DNA from: Octopus vulgaris | Taxonomy: Eukaryota | Length of the DNA: 64,000 nucleotides | Reading direction: 5' to 3' | Assembly (NCBI GenBank): GCA_951406725.2 | Contig: OX597827.1 | Coordinates: 50,654,001-50,718,000, forward strand | Shown here: piece after piece, positions 11,040 to 24,862 of the stretch | Layout of the letters: the number at the start of each line of letters is the position of its first letter | How positions within the stretch are numbered: position 1 is the first letter of the stretch | Notes under the pieces: generated by a model | What the model was told of the DNA's origin: nothing | Databases searched by the model: none | Seen by the model: only the letters and a program-made list of their open reading frames with translations | Made by a program: the position numbers and the translations under genes

Positions 11040-14000
11040 GTATGTATGCGTACGTACGTCCAATTGAGATACTGCAGAATTCAAATTTACGTGACTTATG
11101 TATAAACATATTCTACAGTTGATATAAAACGGTAAATGTTACCCTTCCCTTTAAAAGTATCAACTGAACCCACCAGGCGAGATTCCCTCAAAATTCAAAA
11201 GAGCCTAGAGCAAGAGTTCCTCAGTTATCCAGGGATCACATCTTAGCGCTCTGGGCTCCAAGCTGATCCGATGCATAGGCTCCAGCTATTGGTAATTTTT
11301 CAAAATTCTTTTACTTATCAATTTCTTACAATTCATTCGTTTTTCACAGTACACTAATCATGTTTTTGCATTATTCTTCAATCGCTCAAAGAGCTGAAAA
11401 CATTAAGATCTTAATTTCATAAGTTCCAACGCTTTTCATGTAATTTTTGAAGTGTACATAAAGAAACCTGGTCTGTTGCAGTAATCTAGTTGTCCTTTAC
11501 ATATGAACACGTTCATGTTATGTATATATCAAAAATATACTAGGAAAGTATGTACAAATATTTATGAATTTGCAAGAATAAATTAGAATGTGATTTAGGA
11601 GATATTTGCCTCTCGACTTGTAACAGATCGAGCGATCGCACAGCGGATCCTTCGTTGGCGTTATGACAACTGATTTTGTTTAACGTGTTTTACTAACACT
11701 TGTTTGCATATTTTAATGACATATCTTTATTCCATATTTTCAACTGTTTGTAATTTTAAAACTCTGAAACTAAACCACCTGAAAAAATTTTTCAGTGCTA
11801 ATTTAAATGCTGCATGTTGTATAACTGAAAAGACGTATTGCTATTCTTTAAGACTAGAGTGGTACGAATGAATGTCGACTGCGGAATTAAATGCTGAAAA
11901 TAATAATTACCAGTAATGTTCAAGCTCAATTTAATCAATTAACTACAGTGCGAATGATAGAAATCATTATTATCGCCATGTTTGTCAATTCATTAGTTGC
12001 ATCACTAATGGAATAACAAACTGGGAAAGGATTCCATTCATACCAGATGAAAGTAGTTATATGATTCAATAAAGCATGTGGAAGAATCTACACATGCAAG
12101 TGCGCTTTAATCAAACTTCTTTAATTACAACGCAAACAAGAAATCACACTTTAAATTTTAACAGAAAGAAATCATATTAAAATATTTATTCAATCAATGA
12201 ATCCCTAATTTAATTAACAAAGCAATTACAAGTTTTCTTCTGACAAAATTATTTTACTGATTCTTAATTCAATATTGCACAGAAATATTTGCCTCACCTA
12301 TTCAGCTTTGGCATCTGAAAATCATCACACACTGTACAAAACCTGTTTGATCTAAGAAAGTTTAATTCTCACATAATCATTGCCAACAACTTTTTCCAGG
12401 AAAGAATTAAAATTCAAATTCAAATCAATTTGGTTGGCTCCTACAATAAACAAAATTACTTACCATGGATGAAATAATATCAACATTGGTGATATTGATT
12501 TCGCCAAACAGATTTTGGTATCATTTCCTCAACATAGAAACAAAGTGTGACACATAATAAATGATATTGCATAGGTATGAAAAGTGACTTTTGACTGCTG
12601 TTTAGGCCAGGTTGGCTATAATCAAACAAATCGATGATCAAATTTATAATCTCAACCATGGCCATCCCACCTTATAAGAAAAATTAGGACATTATCTGGA
12701 ATGTTGTTTCCTTATTTAAAACAGAGAGTGTGATTTAGGGGAAATTTGGTTGCTATTTATTATGGACTGAGCGAACACGTTTTATGCATGACAATATATT
12801 AAATTTATGTCAATGTGTTTTGATTTTCTTTTGGTTTTTATTTTTTTCTATTTATTTATCATATTAGGAGTTCAGTAACAAAATTGTATATCAGGTTATG
12901 AAATGTCTTTAGCTGTTTTATGGCTACATGTCGATGAATCCACCAGCATTAGCTTCTGCCCCACGAGGGTATATAAATTTACTATATTGCCCGTGTTTTG
13001 GTTATTAAGATTAACAATAACAAACGTTTTGGGGTATTGATTAGGTTTGAATTTTTATTCCTCATTCTAAAAGGATAACATTTTTCTACAAGGATTATTC
13101 TTTTTTCTTTTCTTTTTTTTCAAATATCTAGAGCAAAGGTGTAACTAGAAATAAGATAATATCCGCTTGCCTGTTGCGGAAATGATATACGATATAACGC
13201 CAACAATGTAATGATAAGCCTAAGGAAAGACAAAGTAGTTGTTAAATAGTTCAATTTACATTTCTTAGAAATATATTATCACAAATAAGACAGTAAAATA
13301 AAATCAATTATTTAGCCTAATGCACTTTGAAAATTTGTAATCGTTCTCAAATTCTATTATCGATTTCGCGTGCTGAATGATTTAATATGATCCTTGGGCT
13401 GCAGGTAGCGGAAAGATTCATGTTGATGAATTGAGCTTCACTGTGTGATATCGTTTGGTAGGTTAGCTCAGGAAATGAACGTGTGTTGTCATAATGCTAC
13501 TGTATATCTGGATCATTATGAACTAGCAATTGTTCCCGATGCATCTTTAAATTCCGTGCGAACATATACACAAATGAACACAGTGACACCTACATAAGTG
13601 CGAATGCACGTTGTTCATTTAAGTATGGATATTTGGAGAATTGTATAAAATTACATATAAAGACAGAAAATCACTTTCTCACATTCCACCCTCTCTTTCC
13701 CTAATTCTCTTTCATCTTCTTTCTCGCTTTCTCTCTCATGTTCTCTCGCACATACACGTTATTTAAGATACATGTCAATTTTTATTGATAGAATATAATC
13801 ATTTTTAAGTTTATATGCCGTTGGCAGAAGAATTTCCTGGCGTTTTTGGACCTCATTTTTCAAATAGAAAGAGACAAATATTATTGTTTCCTTATTTCAT
13901 GGAACTATTGAAATAATGAGGAATAAGTTTTCGGGAATGTGTGGGAAGCAAGTACGAAAAAGAGGGGAAAAGAAATTCTTATTGTTTCTCGACCTTCAAA

Positions 14001-14232
14001 CATATTCTCCTCTAACATTTCTTCCTTTCTCTCAACCATTCCATTCTACACATTTACATCATCTGATTCTTTACTATTCTCATATTTTGGTGAAATATAG
14101 ACATATGATAGTTCCTCTTTCTCTTCCTGTAAGTGAATTTGTATTCTTCTCAAAGTGGCACAAGTTGCCTTACATTCTGATTTTTACGAATCATTCCTAC
14201 CAATCAGTTTTATCATTATTATTATTGTTATT

Positions 14233-14786
14233 GAGTGAGAGAGCTGTTCATGCCATCAAAGTGACACTGGGGTAAAATATACGAAGCCCAATATACCCAT
14301 CATGACTACCCGTCTGATAAGGGTACACCAGGCACATGCATCACAACCATATGTGCGCGACATGGTGATCTCATATCAAGATAAACAGCACATGACCTTG
14401 CAGATGGGGCCCAGTTAGAATTTTCTTCAGGTTGAGTAGCCCATCCCGCTCAAAAGGTCCCTGAATAAGGGTTGTTTAAGTATGTTGAAAGAACCACCCA
14501 TGTTTCCAGAGGTGAATTATTCAAACCCCAAAGAATCCCTCTCAACACATGGCTATGATGCTCCCCCACTACTTCTGCTCGTGAGCAGAGATGCACATAT
14601 CGTCAGCCACTAAGGGACATGCTCAACTGGTTAAGATCAAACAACTGACAAGCAAATCTGTGGTATTGAGCAGAATATTTGCTGTAGCCCATCTTTTATA
14701 CCAAGACAAAATAATGTACATGATAACACTTCCAATCAGTTAAGATCAGAAGCCATGAAAGCCACTGCCTAGTACTGCATCAGGGC

Positions 14787-14788
<2 letters not shown>
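14233..14788. mobile_element. ~555-bp non-coding interspersed element inserted in a (TTA)n tract
   Basis: Relatively GC-rich block with sharp boundaries, flanked on both sides by tta repeats; no long ORF. Confidence 0.6.
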
Positions 14789-14885
<97 letters not shown>

Positions 14886-14897
14886 TATTGTTATTAT

Positions 14898-15226
14898 TAA
14901 GACAGCGGGTTGACTGGATCGTTAGAACGCCGAACAAAATGTTTAAAGGCGTTTCTTTCGGATTTACGTTCTAAGTTCAAATGCTGCTGCGACCGAGTTT
15001 GCTTTTCACCCTTTAGTGATCGATAAAATGAATATTGGAGTCGATGTGATCGATTAACCCCCTCCCCCAAATCTCTGGCCTTGTGCCTATGGTAGAAAGG
15101 AGCATCATCATCATCACCACCACCATCATCATCATCATAATCATCATCATCGGCCTCACCATTATTATCATTGTCATTATTAGGCGAGCTGGCAGAATCG
15201 TTAGCGCGCCGGACGAAATGCTTCGA
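14898..15226 (+). mobile_element. Two SINE family A copies (14898-15100 and head-only 15182-15226) within (CAT)/(TAT) repeats
   Basis: Family A head and body homology. Confidence 0.8.
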
Positions 15227-15236
15227 TCTTATTCCG

Positions 15237-15812
15237 TCAGTTTAATTTCGACTTAAAGATCAGTCTCAGTCCGCGCAAGTACTCCACCTTAATTTTTTCT
15301 GTAATTTCTTTCTCCATCAATTTATCCATTTTCAAAATCTCTAAGTACTTATAGCCCGTCTCTTCTATCTCCTTCGTAACCTCTCCCGACATTTGATTTT
15401 GCAGCTCTTCAAGACTATCACACCACACTTTTTCAGTCCGAGCTCCATTCTGATATCAGTACTGAATATATAAACCGTATCAACGAGGGAACTGACTTAG
15501 GATTTATTTTTACCATAAAGTTTGGGGTCATCCATGAATAACAAGTGGTTGACTTTTTGTTGGCCGCTTTTGAATACATACCCAGCCTTTGCTTTCCTCA
15601 GAATCAGTGTTAGTTGTATCATGGACAGTACAAAGATCAGTGGGGACAGGCAGTCTCCTCGGAAGCTGCCTTTCCTGATTTCTACTGTCCCTAAACTTCT
15701 TCCATATGCTGTCAGTTCCGTCCTCCGCTTCGGCATACTTTTTCCAAGCAATCGCTCAACATTCGATACAATACCAAATAGGTTCATCCATTCCATAATC
15801 TAAGACTGTGTC
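15237..15812 (-). pseudogene. R4/Dong-clade non-LTR retrotransposon reverse transcriptase fragment
   Basis: IRKGSFRGDCLSPLIFVLSMIQL (GIFQGDSLSPLLF), KVNHLLFMDDPKLY (NHLLFMDDLKLY), VYIFSTDIRMELGLKKC and GYKYLEIL. Embedded in TAA/CAT microsatellites. Confidence 0.88.
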
Positions 15813-15873
15813 ATCATATCGTATTATTATCATTATTATTCTTATTCTTCTTCTTATTATTATTATTATTATT

Positions 15874-15914
<41 letters not shown>

Positions 15915-18257
15915 CATCGTCATCCTCATCATCATCATCATCATCATCATTATTATGTTAATAATTCCTGCAAATAACTAGTGTTCTCTAGAAGCTAGAA
16001 AGTTGCCTGCTGTTTGTCCTCACACACACACACACACTCACTCATACACACCCACTCACACACACATACACACACACGCACACACAAACGTTACTTTTAT
16101 AAAAAGAAATAACTCGGAGTGACTAAGTAATACTAAAGTACCTTGATATTGTCTTCCTCCAAAAGTTTATCTCTAAATACAATTTTGAGGGAAATATTAG
16201 AAAACAAAAACTCATAATTTACGCTATGACAATTCTCTATATAACAGATTTAACAGCTGATACTTGGGCTCTCATTATTTTAACACTTATTGCATTCGAA
16301 TTTAAATTCGAAAATAGTGTGAATAGATGTTTGCTGTAAATTTCTGTCTTGAGGAAACGACTGATTCCATTGGTTAAGAAAAAAATAAAAACTGCCTTTC
16401 ATCTGTAAAAGAGATCATTTTAGTCAATAGAATTTTCTATAAAAATACTAGAAACTAGCTGATATTTATGAGTGGGCAGAAGCATAAAGTCAATGGTAAT
16501 ACCTCTTTAAAATATCCGACAAAACAACTTAAAATATTATGTGAGCCTAAAGGATAGCAAAGCAAAAAGAAAACATACTAGGAAGCAAATTAACAATAGT
16601 AGTGGATTTATGTTGTTGATTAATAAAATACAAGTTGCCTTCAGCAGACATATTGAATAAAGGATACAATAGTAGGAATTCTGAAAGCAGTATAGGAAAG
16701 AAAAATAGAAATATGTTAAAGAGAGATATATGATATGATGGTTAATTTATGAATCTGAAGTGTTAGAAAGAAAAATATTAACAAAATAATGTCATGAAAG
16801 ATTCATTTGTCGCTTGACTGCGATCGATAAAAAATAATAAGCATTTTAATAAGCATTCTAATAGCTCGAACTATTAGAAACATTACGTATAAGATATCTG
16901 AGTCTTGTGATAGAAAATATGAGTTATCAGTTATTCCATTTTATCTCCATAACTTCAACGATCAAAAATGTTTCCAAGCATATGAAATATCTGATAACCC
17001 CAAGTCGGTTGCTTGAAAAGTCAATATAAATCACATTTATGAACTTAATAATGAGAATTGTACCACCGTAAACAAATACAACAAATTGGTTACCTGTGTA
17101 CTAACGCACGTGCTGCAAGAAATCGCAGCAACATATCCTTTAAATCAAACCCAGGCATATCAAAAGAAGGAAGGTTGCATTGGACATGGGCGTTATCACA
17201 CTAAATCTAAATAAAAGACTAGATGGCTATAATTGGATCGCTTTTAATATTAGTTGATGGTCATAATTGGATTGCTTTTAATAATAGTTGAACAGAAGCA
17301 GCATTAGGTGAATGTTAGAATTAAAAAATGCATTTTTTAATAAGATAAGTCAATATCTCCATGTTCAAGCTTACAGTAACGTTATCTAGAGTTTGAAATG
17401 GTCGGTGAAGGAAAACGTTCAGCCCTGCCAGAGAGATATCTCTGCGCCCTCTGCATCAAGGAGGGACAGGACAATTCATTAGCTAGCAGTAACTGCTTAC
17501 TTAATGAATGGAATGAGGTAGGATGATTGCTTTGTACTACCGGGTGGGTTCTAGCAGTAAAATATGACAGGCTTGTCTTCGCCTTTCCCCCACCCCCAGC
17601 GTTCCATCGTAATAGCTCTCCCACTAAGCTCTGGTACTGTTTTTCGTGCAGAATGTTGTTAGCTATCATGTGTTCTACATCGGGTCATCTTCGTCTTCCC
17701 CGGTTTTGTAGTTTTGTCGTCCTATCCACCAGTATGGTCTATTCACTTTGCCTACACCAGACATCTCTCAACAGAACTTTGATTCATCGTGCCACCATTA
17801 TCATACACTTTGCACAAATGGATTTTATAATACAGTAAACAGTCATAATATATCTGAACTCTTCGTTTTTTTTTCTACTGGCAAGGTGTACACTCTGCGA
17901 ACGATTTGTTTCAGCAGATGGAATTTATATAATCTTTGTTATACTATGCTAAAGGGTGCGTTTCAACCTGGAGAACTTTCGAATTTAAAATTCTGCTATT
18001 GCTAATATTATTGTGATTGTCAAGAAAAGTTCAACAATGAACGTTTGGTACCTGGAATGTTGTCATGCACTCATTCATTGCCCTCTACAAAATAAGTATA
18101 TACATTGTACAATTTTCGCATTTACTTAGATTAACTTCTCCATAAACAAACGTTCCCTAGTCAGTGCTCTATTTTCCTTATAATCATGCCTTTCTGGTCT
18201 AGTTAATTGAAGATGGTTTGACTGCAAGTCGCATAAATACATAAAAACCCTTACATT

Positions 18258-18545
18258 TATGAATAAGCCTTATGAGTGGATTTAGTAGGCGGAAACTGAA
18301 AGAAGCCCGTCGTATATATGTATATCTGCGTGTGTTTGTGTGTTTTTTTTGCCCACCCCTCTACCGCTTGACAACCGATGCTTGGTGTGCCTACGTCACC
18401 GTAACATAGCGATTCTGCAACAGGGAGTGATAGAATAAGCACCAGGCTTTAAAAATATAGTTTGTGGGGGTCGATAAAATTCATTAAGACTGTGCCCAGA
18501 ATGGCTACAGTCTGGTGACTGAAACAAGTAAAAGATAAAAAGATA
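18258..18545 (+). mobile_element. SINE family B, 5'-truncated
   Basis: agccttatgagtggatttagtaggcggaaactgaaagaagcccgtcg ... gactgaaacaagtaaaag. Confidence 0.85.
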
Positions 18546-19953
18546 TAACTTGAGGTTGATGGTGATATACTGAATAATGTACACAGAAATTCTTAATGAA
18601 ATGAAATGTATTATTAGTTGCAGGAAGAAAATAAAGCCTAACTGTAAAAGACGAGATTTTGTTTTCTGAATCAAGAAATAGCTCCACGGAAAACAATTAT
18701 CATTGCTTTGGGTATTATCCAGTCACTGTTAGCTGGAACGGTGGCAGGTATGGAATTAATTGTTAATAAATCAAAATGTGTGCTAAAACACAAAAACGTA
18801 GCGGCAGTTGTTAATGAAGGCCAAAGATTAGCGGAGATTCATTCTAGAAATTTTAATTTTCAGAAAATATTTCTTCATCTTGAAGGGAAAAACCTGATTT
18901 TTGTTTGACAGGACAAGTGTCAAATATTGAGAGACTTGAGTTCCTTAGATTTCATCCAAGACAAATCCCCTCTTAACAATTACAAATCTTTAGATATGAA
19001 ATCTGAATATAAGAATACAACATGTAGCACTAAAAATATAATCTAGAAAAAACAAACCTGTATACATGTTCAGAAAACTGTCCTCGTAAAAGTAACGTCC
19101 AAACTAAGTAAAATATTTATGTTGTAAAACTACATTGAAGCTACAAAAGATAAATATATCAAATATTAAACGTTAGAGGAACTGAATCAATATTGTTGGT
19201 CAACTTCGATCGCCTGAGTTAATAAAGCAAGAAATAAAGCAAAAGGATGAACGGTTGGCTTACATGAAAATTAAACAATTGTCAGGCTAAATTATTAAGA
19301 TGTGTAATTACCTTTAACATGATTGTGTAATGAGCAAGAGATATTAATTGCCATAAAGCTACTACGGTTTTATTGAACTGCTTTGGACAATGGCCTCTTA
19401 GCAAGATGATGATTATGACGACGACTATGGTGGTGGTGGTGGTGATGGCGGTAGATTTACTTGTTCAATGAACTGAATTACCTTCTCCTGAATGAAGGTG
19501 GAATTGGCTGAAAATTTCACGGACACCCGTACGCTTAACGTAATTCGGAGTGAGACACTGGATTAGATTACTAGCTTGTGTCTCTATAACTTCACAGTCC
19601 AACTGAAGGGTTTCTATACAGCTTCCGTCTACCCAATTTTAACCGAAACCATAGGATGGGTTATTTGTTCATGGTGCTAGGTATATAGGACCAACCCTGG
19701 GACCTCGAGATTACAAAGTAAATTTCTTAACCATTCGATCACACTGCGCCTACTCATCCCAATAGAACATATATTTCGGAAATTTACACTGTTCATACTG
19801 TTAATGTAATAATATATGTATGAGAGGCTGTGTACTAAATGTTTTGTCGATTCTTTCTTAAGCCTTTTCTCTCGCTTCTCCTTAACTGTTATATGTGTAT
19901 GTGTGTGTATGTGTATTTAGAAATACGTACGTGTGTGTGTTTATACATACATA

Positions 19954-20823
19954 CGAGGGGGTGTCCAAAGGAAACCGGAATTTTGCAATATTATTCTATT
20001 CACTTAGTTTTACATGTTTACACTTTTATCAACTTCAAAGTATTCTCCATTTGAAGCAATGCATCGATCCATCCACGTGTTTCACTGTTCGAAGCAGTGC
20101 TGGAACTCTTGCAAAGTGATGCCTTTTAACGCCTCCGTCGTTTTTTTTTTTTTTTTTTTCACCTCTTCCACGTCTGCAAATTCCATAGCACCAGTTTTCG
20201 TAACCTGTGATGACCTTCGAAAAAATGTCCGGACCAATTTCCAACTGTTTTTTCAGTTCATAACAGGCATTCAGTCATAACCGCTTTTGGTCTTCCGTGA
20301 GCAAGTGAGGTACAAATTTTGTTGCAACACTTTTCATTCGCAATTCCTCGCTCAAAACTCTCTGGCAGGAGCCAATCATATCAACAAGTTCATCGTGAAT
20401 TTTCATGATACTGTCATTCTTCCGGGAGGTTGATGGTCGTCCTGAATGTAGTTGGTCTTCGAGCGACAAGTGACCATTTCAAAAGCGTAGAAACCACTCG
20501 TAAGCTTGTGTTTTGCTCAAGGCAGCGATCTTCTAAGCTGTCTGAAATATGACAACTGTTTCGACCGCCGTTTTCCCCAATAGAAAATAAAATTTCCCCG
20601 AAGCACGCTATTCCTTCGTTTCAACCATCACAAACATCGATGAACAGCGGAGAAGAACTGCAAAACAAAGACGCATCACATGGCAGTAGGACTTTACTCG
20701 ACGACACCTGTCGACAGACTGATGCCTGATGGTCGCATCAAGTAACTTCTCGCAGCGGAAGCCTGAACTACAACGGGTTTGTCCCACAGAGAAAGTTTCC
20801 GGTTACATTTTGGTACCCTGTCG
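19954..20823 (-). mobile_element. Mariner DNA transposon, internally deleted
   Basis: Degenerate TIRs (cgagggggtgtccaaaggaaaccggaa / ttccggttacattttggtaccctgtcg) flanked by TA. Transposase peptides SLEDQLHSGRPSTS, ATKFVPHLLTEDQK and KVITGYENWCYG. Confidence 0.92.
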
Positions 20824-20999
20824 TATATGTGTGTGTGTCTGTGTGTGTGTGTGTGTGTGTATGTTTGTATCTGACTATCTATCTAATTATCAATCTATGT
20901 GTGTTCGTATGTATGTGTCTGTATAAACGCGTGTGTTTCTGTGTAAATAGGTGTGTTTCAGTCTTTTAAATAAAAATGCACATTGATACAACATTGAAC

Positions 21000-21103
21000 A
21001 CTAATTTTACTATTTCTGTTTTATTATAGGTAAGTACCTTCAAGCATTTTTATCCCATTCATAATAAAAATCATGACTATGATAGCGACCTTTTCAGGTA
21101 AGA
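21000..21103 (+). promoter_or_regulatory. Candidate recursive splice site (AG|GTAAGT) with 68-nt RS-exon
   Basis: actaat branch-like motif at about 21000, T-rich tract, AG 21028-21029 immediately followed by GTAAGT 21030-21035; second donor cag|GTAAGA at 21098. Confidence 0.55.
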
Positions 21104-21265
21104 TGTTACAAATTGTATTCATCGTTGTATTTCGATTTGTATTTTGTATGCGTATTTGTCGCGTTAGATAGAATAATTATTTCCGTTTAAAGCAAGCATA
21201 CTATCATACTTTTCATTTGATTGCCATACGCACACACACACTCACACTGACACACACACATACAT

Positions 21266-21332
<67 letters not shown>

Positions 21333-21382
21333 CATACATATACATATATACATGCGTTATAATTTAGAACAAGCAATAAAAG

Positions 21383-21460
21383 GTTGTCATTATAGTACTC
21401 GAAGTTTCGAATGTCGGAGCGAAGAGCTACGATGCATTCTCGGTGGCTATTAATAGCAAC
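21383..21460 (-). ncRNA. Degenerate hammerhead ribozyme motif
   Basis: Minus strand: atag-CCACCGA-gaatg...cattc-GAAAC-ttcga-GTA-ctat. Stems I, II and III are preserved but the CUGANGA core is mutated. Confidence 0.5.
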
Positions 21461-21727
21461 AGACACTATGAAAAACCGTTGAATAAAAGGGAAGTTGCCC
21501 TAATAAGTAGAAAAAGAAAAATGAAAAAAGAAAAAGAAAAATGAAAATAGAAAAAATACATGCAACCATATTCTCACAATACATAGACATAAACCTCCTG
21601 CGTCCACAACGTCTACATACGTACACACACAAACATGTATACGTACATGCACATATACACACACACAAACATATAAGTGCATGTACGTACTCATACACAC
21701 TCACATATCCACACACACTTGCACACG

Positions 21728-21787
<60 letters not shown>

Positions 21788-21842
21788 CAACATAATTCTC
21801 ATATACACATGGGTGTTTACATGCATACACATAATACATATA

Positions 21843-21950
21843 TAAATAATGGCCTCTGTCATACAGGCTCCATTTAGCGGGCACAAGTCTTTATACCTGC
21901 GGGAACAGCTGGCATCGTGCTGTTGGGTTGCATTGTGTGTATGCATATCC
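21843..21950 (-). pseudogene. Penelope-like (Naiad-type) Cys-rich linker / GIY-YIG start fragment
   Basis: SCSRRYKDLCPLNGACMTEAIIY matches C.CR....CPL.G.C....IIY; same motif as 49400-49480. Confidence 0.7.
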
Positions 21951-22038
21951 CTGACATACTGTACACTACATCTGCCAACATTGCAACTATTACGTAATTC
22001 TGAGCCCCCAGGAATTATTATAGTTATACATATTGTCG

Positions 22039-22413
22039 ATAATGAAAGAAAGAAAATGGAGAATTATGGATGTATAAATAATTCATTTGTTTGATATTAT
22101 GGGGTTTTTCATAAAAGCAATACAAATAAAAAGACTCTCAGGATACATATCTTAACGGTCAGATTTTTCAAACTTTTGTCTATATTTGATTTTAAATATG
22201 ACACAATATGATGTGAATGCTTTGTATCTATAGATTTCCTGAACTGAATCTATTACCAAACAAATGAAAATAATTAATCTATAACGGTCAACTAATTATT
22301 CTTTTATTTTATAATTTATTTCTATTGTATTTATTAAACAAAACTTTGAACCTTATAATATCATAAAATAAATTATTTATACATCAATAATTCTCCATTT
22401 TCTTTTTCATTAT
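22039..22413. repeat. ~60-bp inverted repeats bounding a 375-bp segment
   Basis: ataatgaaagaaagaaaatggagaattatggatgtataaataatt...gatattat (22039-22100) versus its reverse complement at 22355-22413. Confidence 0.8.
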
Positions 22414-22435
22414 ATAAATATATATACACACACAC

Positions 22436-22541
<106 letters not shown>

Positions 22542-22682
22542 GGAGAATTCACAAAAAACAAAAGACGAAGACTGGTGGTGTAGACAACAGATGTATTAGT
22601 ATAACGCACAAGAAGTGAAAAAGTCATATATACACTTACGCACACGCACACACACACATACATCTATATATATATATATATA

Positions 22683-22720
<38 letters not shown>

Positions 22721-23951
22721 CATACATACATACACACACACACATACAGAGTAAGTCTCGTCATATATAATCTTGTAAAGTAAAGCGTACAGTATTTATT
22801 CCACTGAGCATATGAGCATCGTAGTCAAGGAACTTTTGTATAACATGAGTTGTACGTGCGTGTGCGTGCGTGTGTGTGCATGTGCGTGTATGTTTGTGCG
22901 TGCGTGTGTGTGTGTTCATACGTGTGTGTGATTATGTCTGTGTACTTGATGCAACATGGTTGGATAAACTTTATTCGTTTAATACCATAGTTATCACGAA
23001 GTTCATAACTTTATTTTGTGTATGTATGTATATGTAAGTAGAAATTTATACACAAATCGGATATTTTCTTTTGATGGTTTTGGAGAGAGTAAAAATAATA
23101 TACTGTACGAAAATAAAAAGAGAAAGCTAACTTAGATGACACATTGTAGACGAGATACGCCATGCTTTATTTTTAGTCAAGTCAGTGAGGATAGTAAGGT
23201 ATGTAATAGAATAATAATTTATGTGTATAAACGAAAATAGTATCAGGCAACAAAAGTTTTCTGAATATACAGATCAAGTAAACCAGTTTAAATGTATTTT
23301 ACATGCTGTTTTTATTTATCACAGTAAAAAAGTTATACGTACATTAAACACACTTTATATTTGTATATAGTTTGTATCATTTCCTGCAATATATGTGGGA
23401 ACGACAACACGAATGGGTGTGAACAAATTGTTAAATGTTTAATTATAGAAATAAAATCTATCAACAAGTGTACAACTGTTTATATGTTAAGTTGATGAAG
23501 ATTCATAACAATAGAAAAATTTGTAATGACATTTGTTCATTAATATACAAACAAAACGAAACGCGCCCCCTTGCACGCTGATATCGAGGACGACAAAATA
23601 GCTTTTATTAAATTCCTCTAAGGCGGGTCATCAATTTGAAACTTTTCAAAGACGGGTTATAAGCTAAGTGAGGTTGGTATTGTAAAATAACTTCAATATA
23701 TTTTGAAACACGTCCAAGCTACTTACCCCAACAAAGACTTCTTTCGGAAATGTTATTATATAATCTTCAACTACAAGTAGGAAATATTGTACCTGCTCTA
23801 AAGTTTCTGTCCTGACATTTTTCAATGAATGATTGAATAAGTGCAATTCATCAGCATGGTCATTGTTTAGATTAGGAGGTATGTTTCTAAACGCAAAGTG
23901 GATATTTCTAACATATCAAAGAAAGTCCAATGTGTTTGAAAATTACAAATA

Positions 23952-24862
23952 CGAGTCGATATCAAAAGGTTCATAGTGTAGTTATGTTTAATAAAAAAAA
24001 TAGCTTATTTACTAAAATTTTAACTTCATCTTCTTCGAAATAGTCACATTGCGCAGCAATATACCGGTCCCAGCGTTCCATCCGCTTTTGGAATCAGGCC
24101 TGGACGTCGTTTTCCGTAAGCGAGTCGAGGAATTCTGCGATTCGTTCTGGATCTCGACAACGGTGACATTTAAGCAACATTTTCGTCTTGGAGAAGAAAT
24201 AGAAATCCGCAGATGCTAAATCTGACGAATAGGGTGGGTGCAGAAGCGATACCATGTTGTTTTTGACGAGAATCTCACGAGTGAGGAGAGTTCGGTGACA
24301 GGGTGCATTGCCGTCGTGAAGAATCCAATTTTTCGCGCTCCGTGGATCCGGTCGTTTTCGCTGAATGTCCTCCCTCAGACGCTTCAAAACGTCACAGTAG
24401 AACTCTCGATTGACGGTCTGGCCCTAGGAGAAGAATTCTCGATGCACAATACCACATTTCCGGGGCTGACGCTCGTGGCAGTTCTTCTTGATTGCCCGTC
24501 GTCTTCCAAGGACGTTCTTTCGCTTTTGAAGCACCCGCACCACTCGAAACATTGCGTACAACCCATTGTCTCGTCGCCGTAAGCTTGCCAAAGTATGCTC
24601 GATATCTCCGTAGCAGACTTCCCAAGTTTCACGCAAAATTTCACGTTGACACTTTGTATCTGTCCATGGCAAAATCATTGACTACAGAATGCACGTGATA
24701 ACAGAAACACAAATTTCAAAACTTGCGAAAGTAAACACAACAATGTCACTCGGTACATTACCTCATGAAGGTCACTGCTAGCCCTCACTGCACAAGCATT
24801 CGTGTGCGGTCATCTGTCGGCGCACTACAGAAATAGTCCGGGAACTTTTGGGTGCAACCTGA
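23952..24862 (-). mobile_element. Mariner DNA transposon, internally deleted
   Basis: KFCVKLGKSATE...FEWCGCFKSERTSLEDD (HTH region), WILHDGNAPCH and HPPYSSDLASADFYFF (DD34D catalytic motifs). Degenerate TIRs with TA flanks. Confidence 0.93.

Noticed and set aside
17380-17870. Possible RTE LINE 3' end on the minus strand
   Set aside because: Only a weak RGR.R-like match; too decayed to support.
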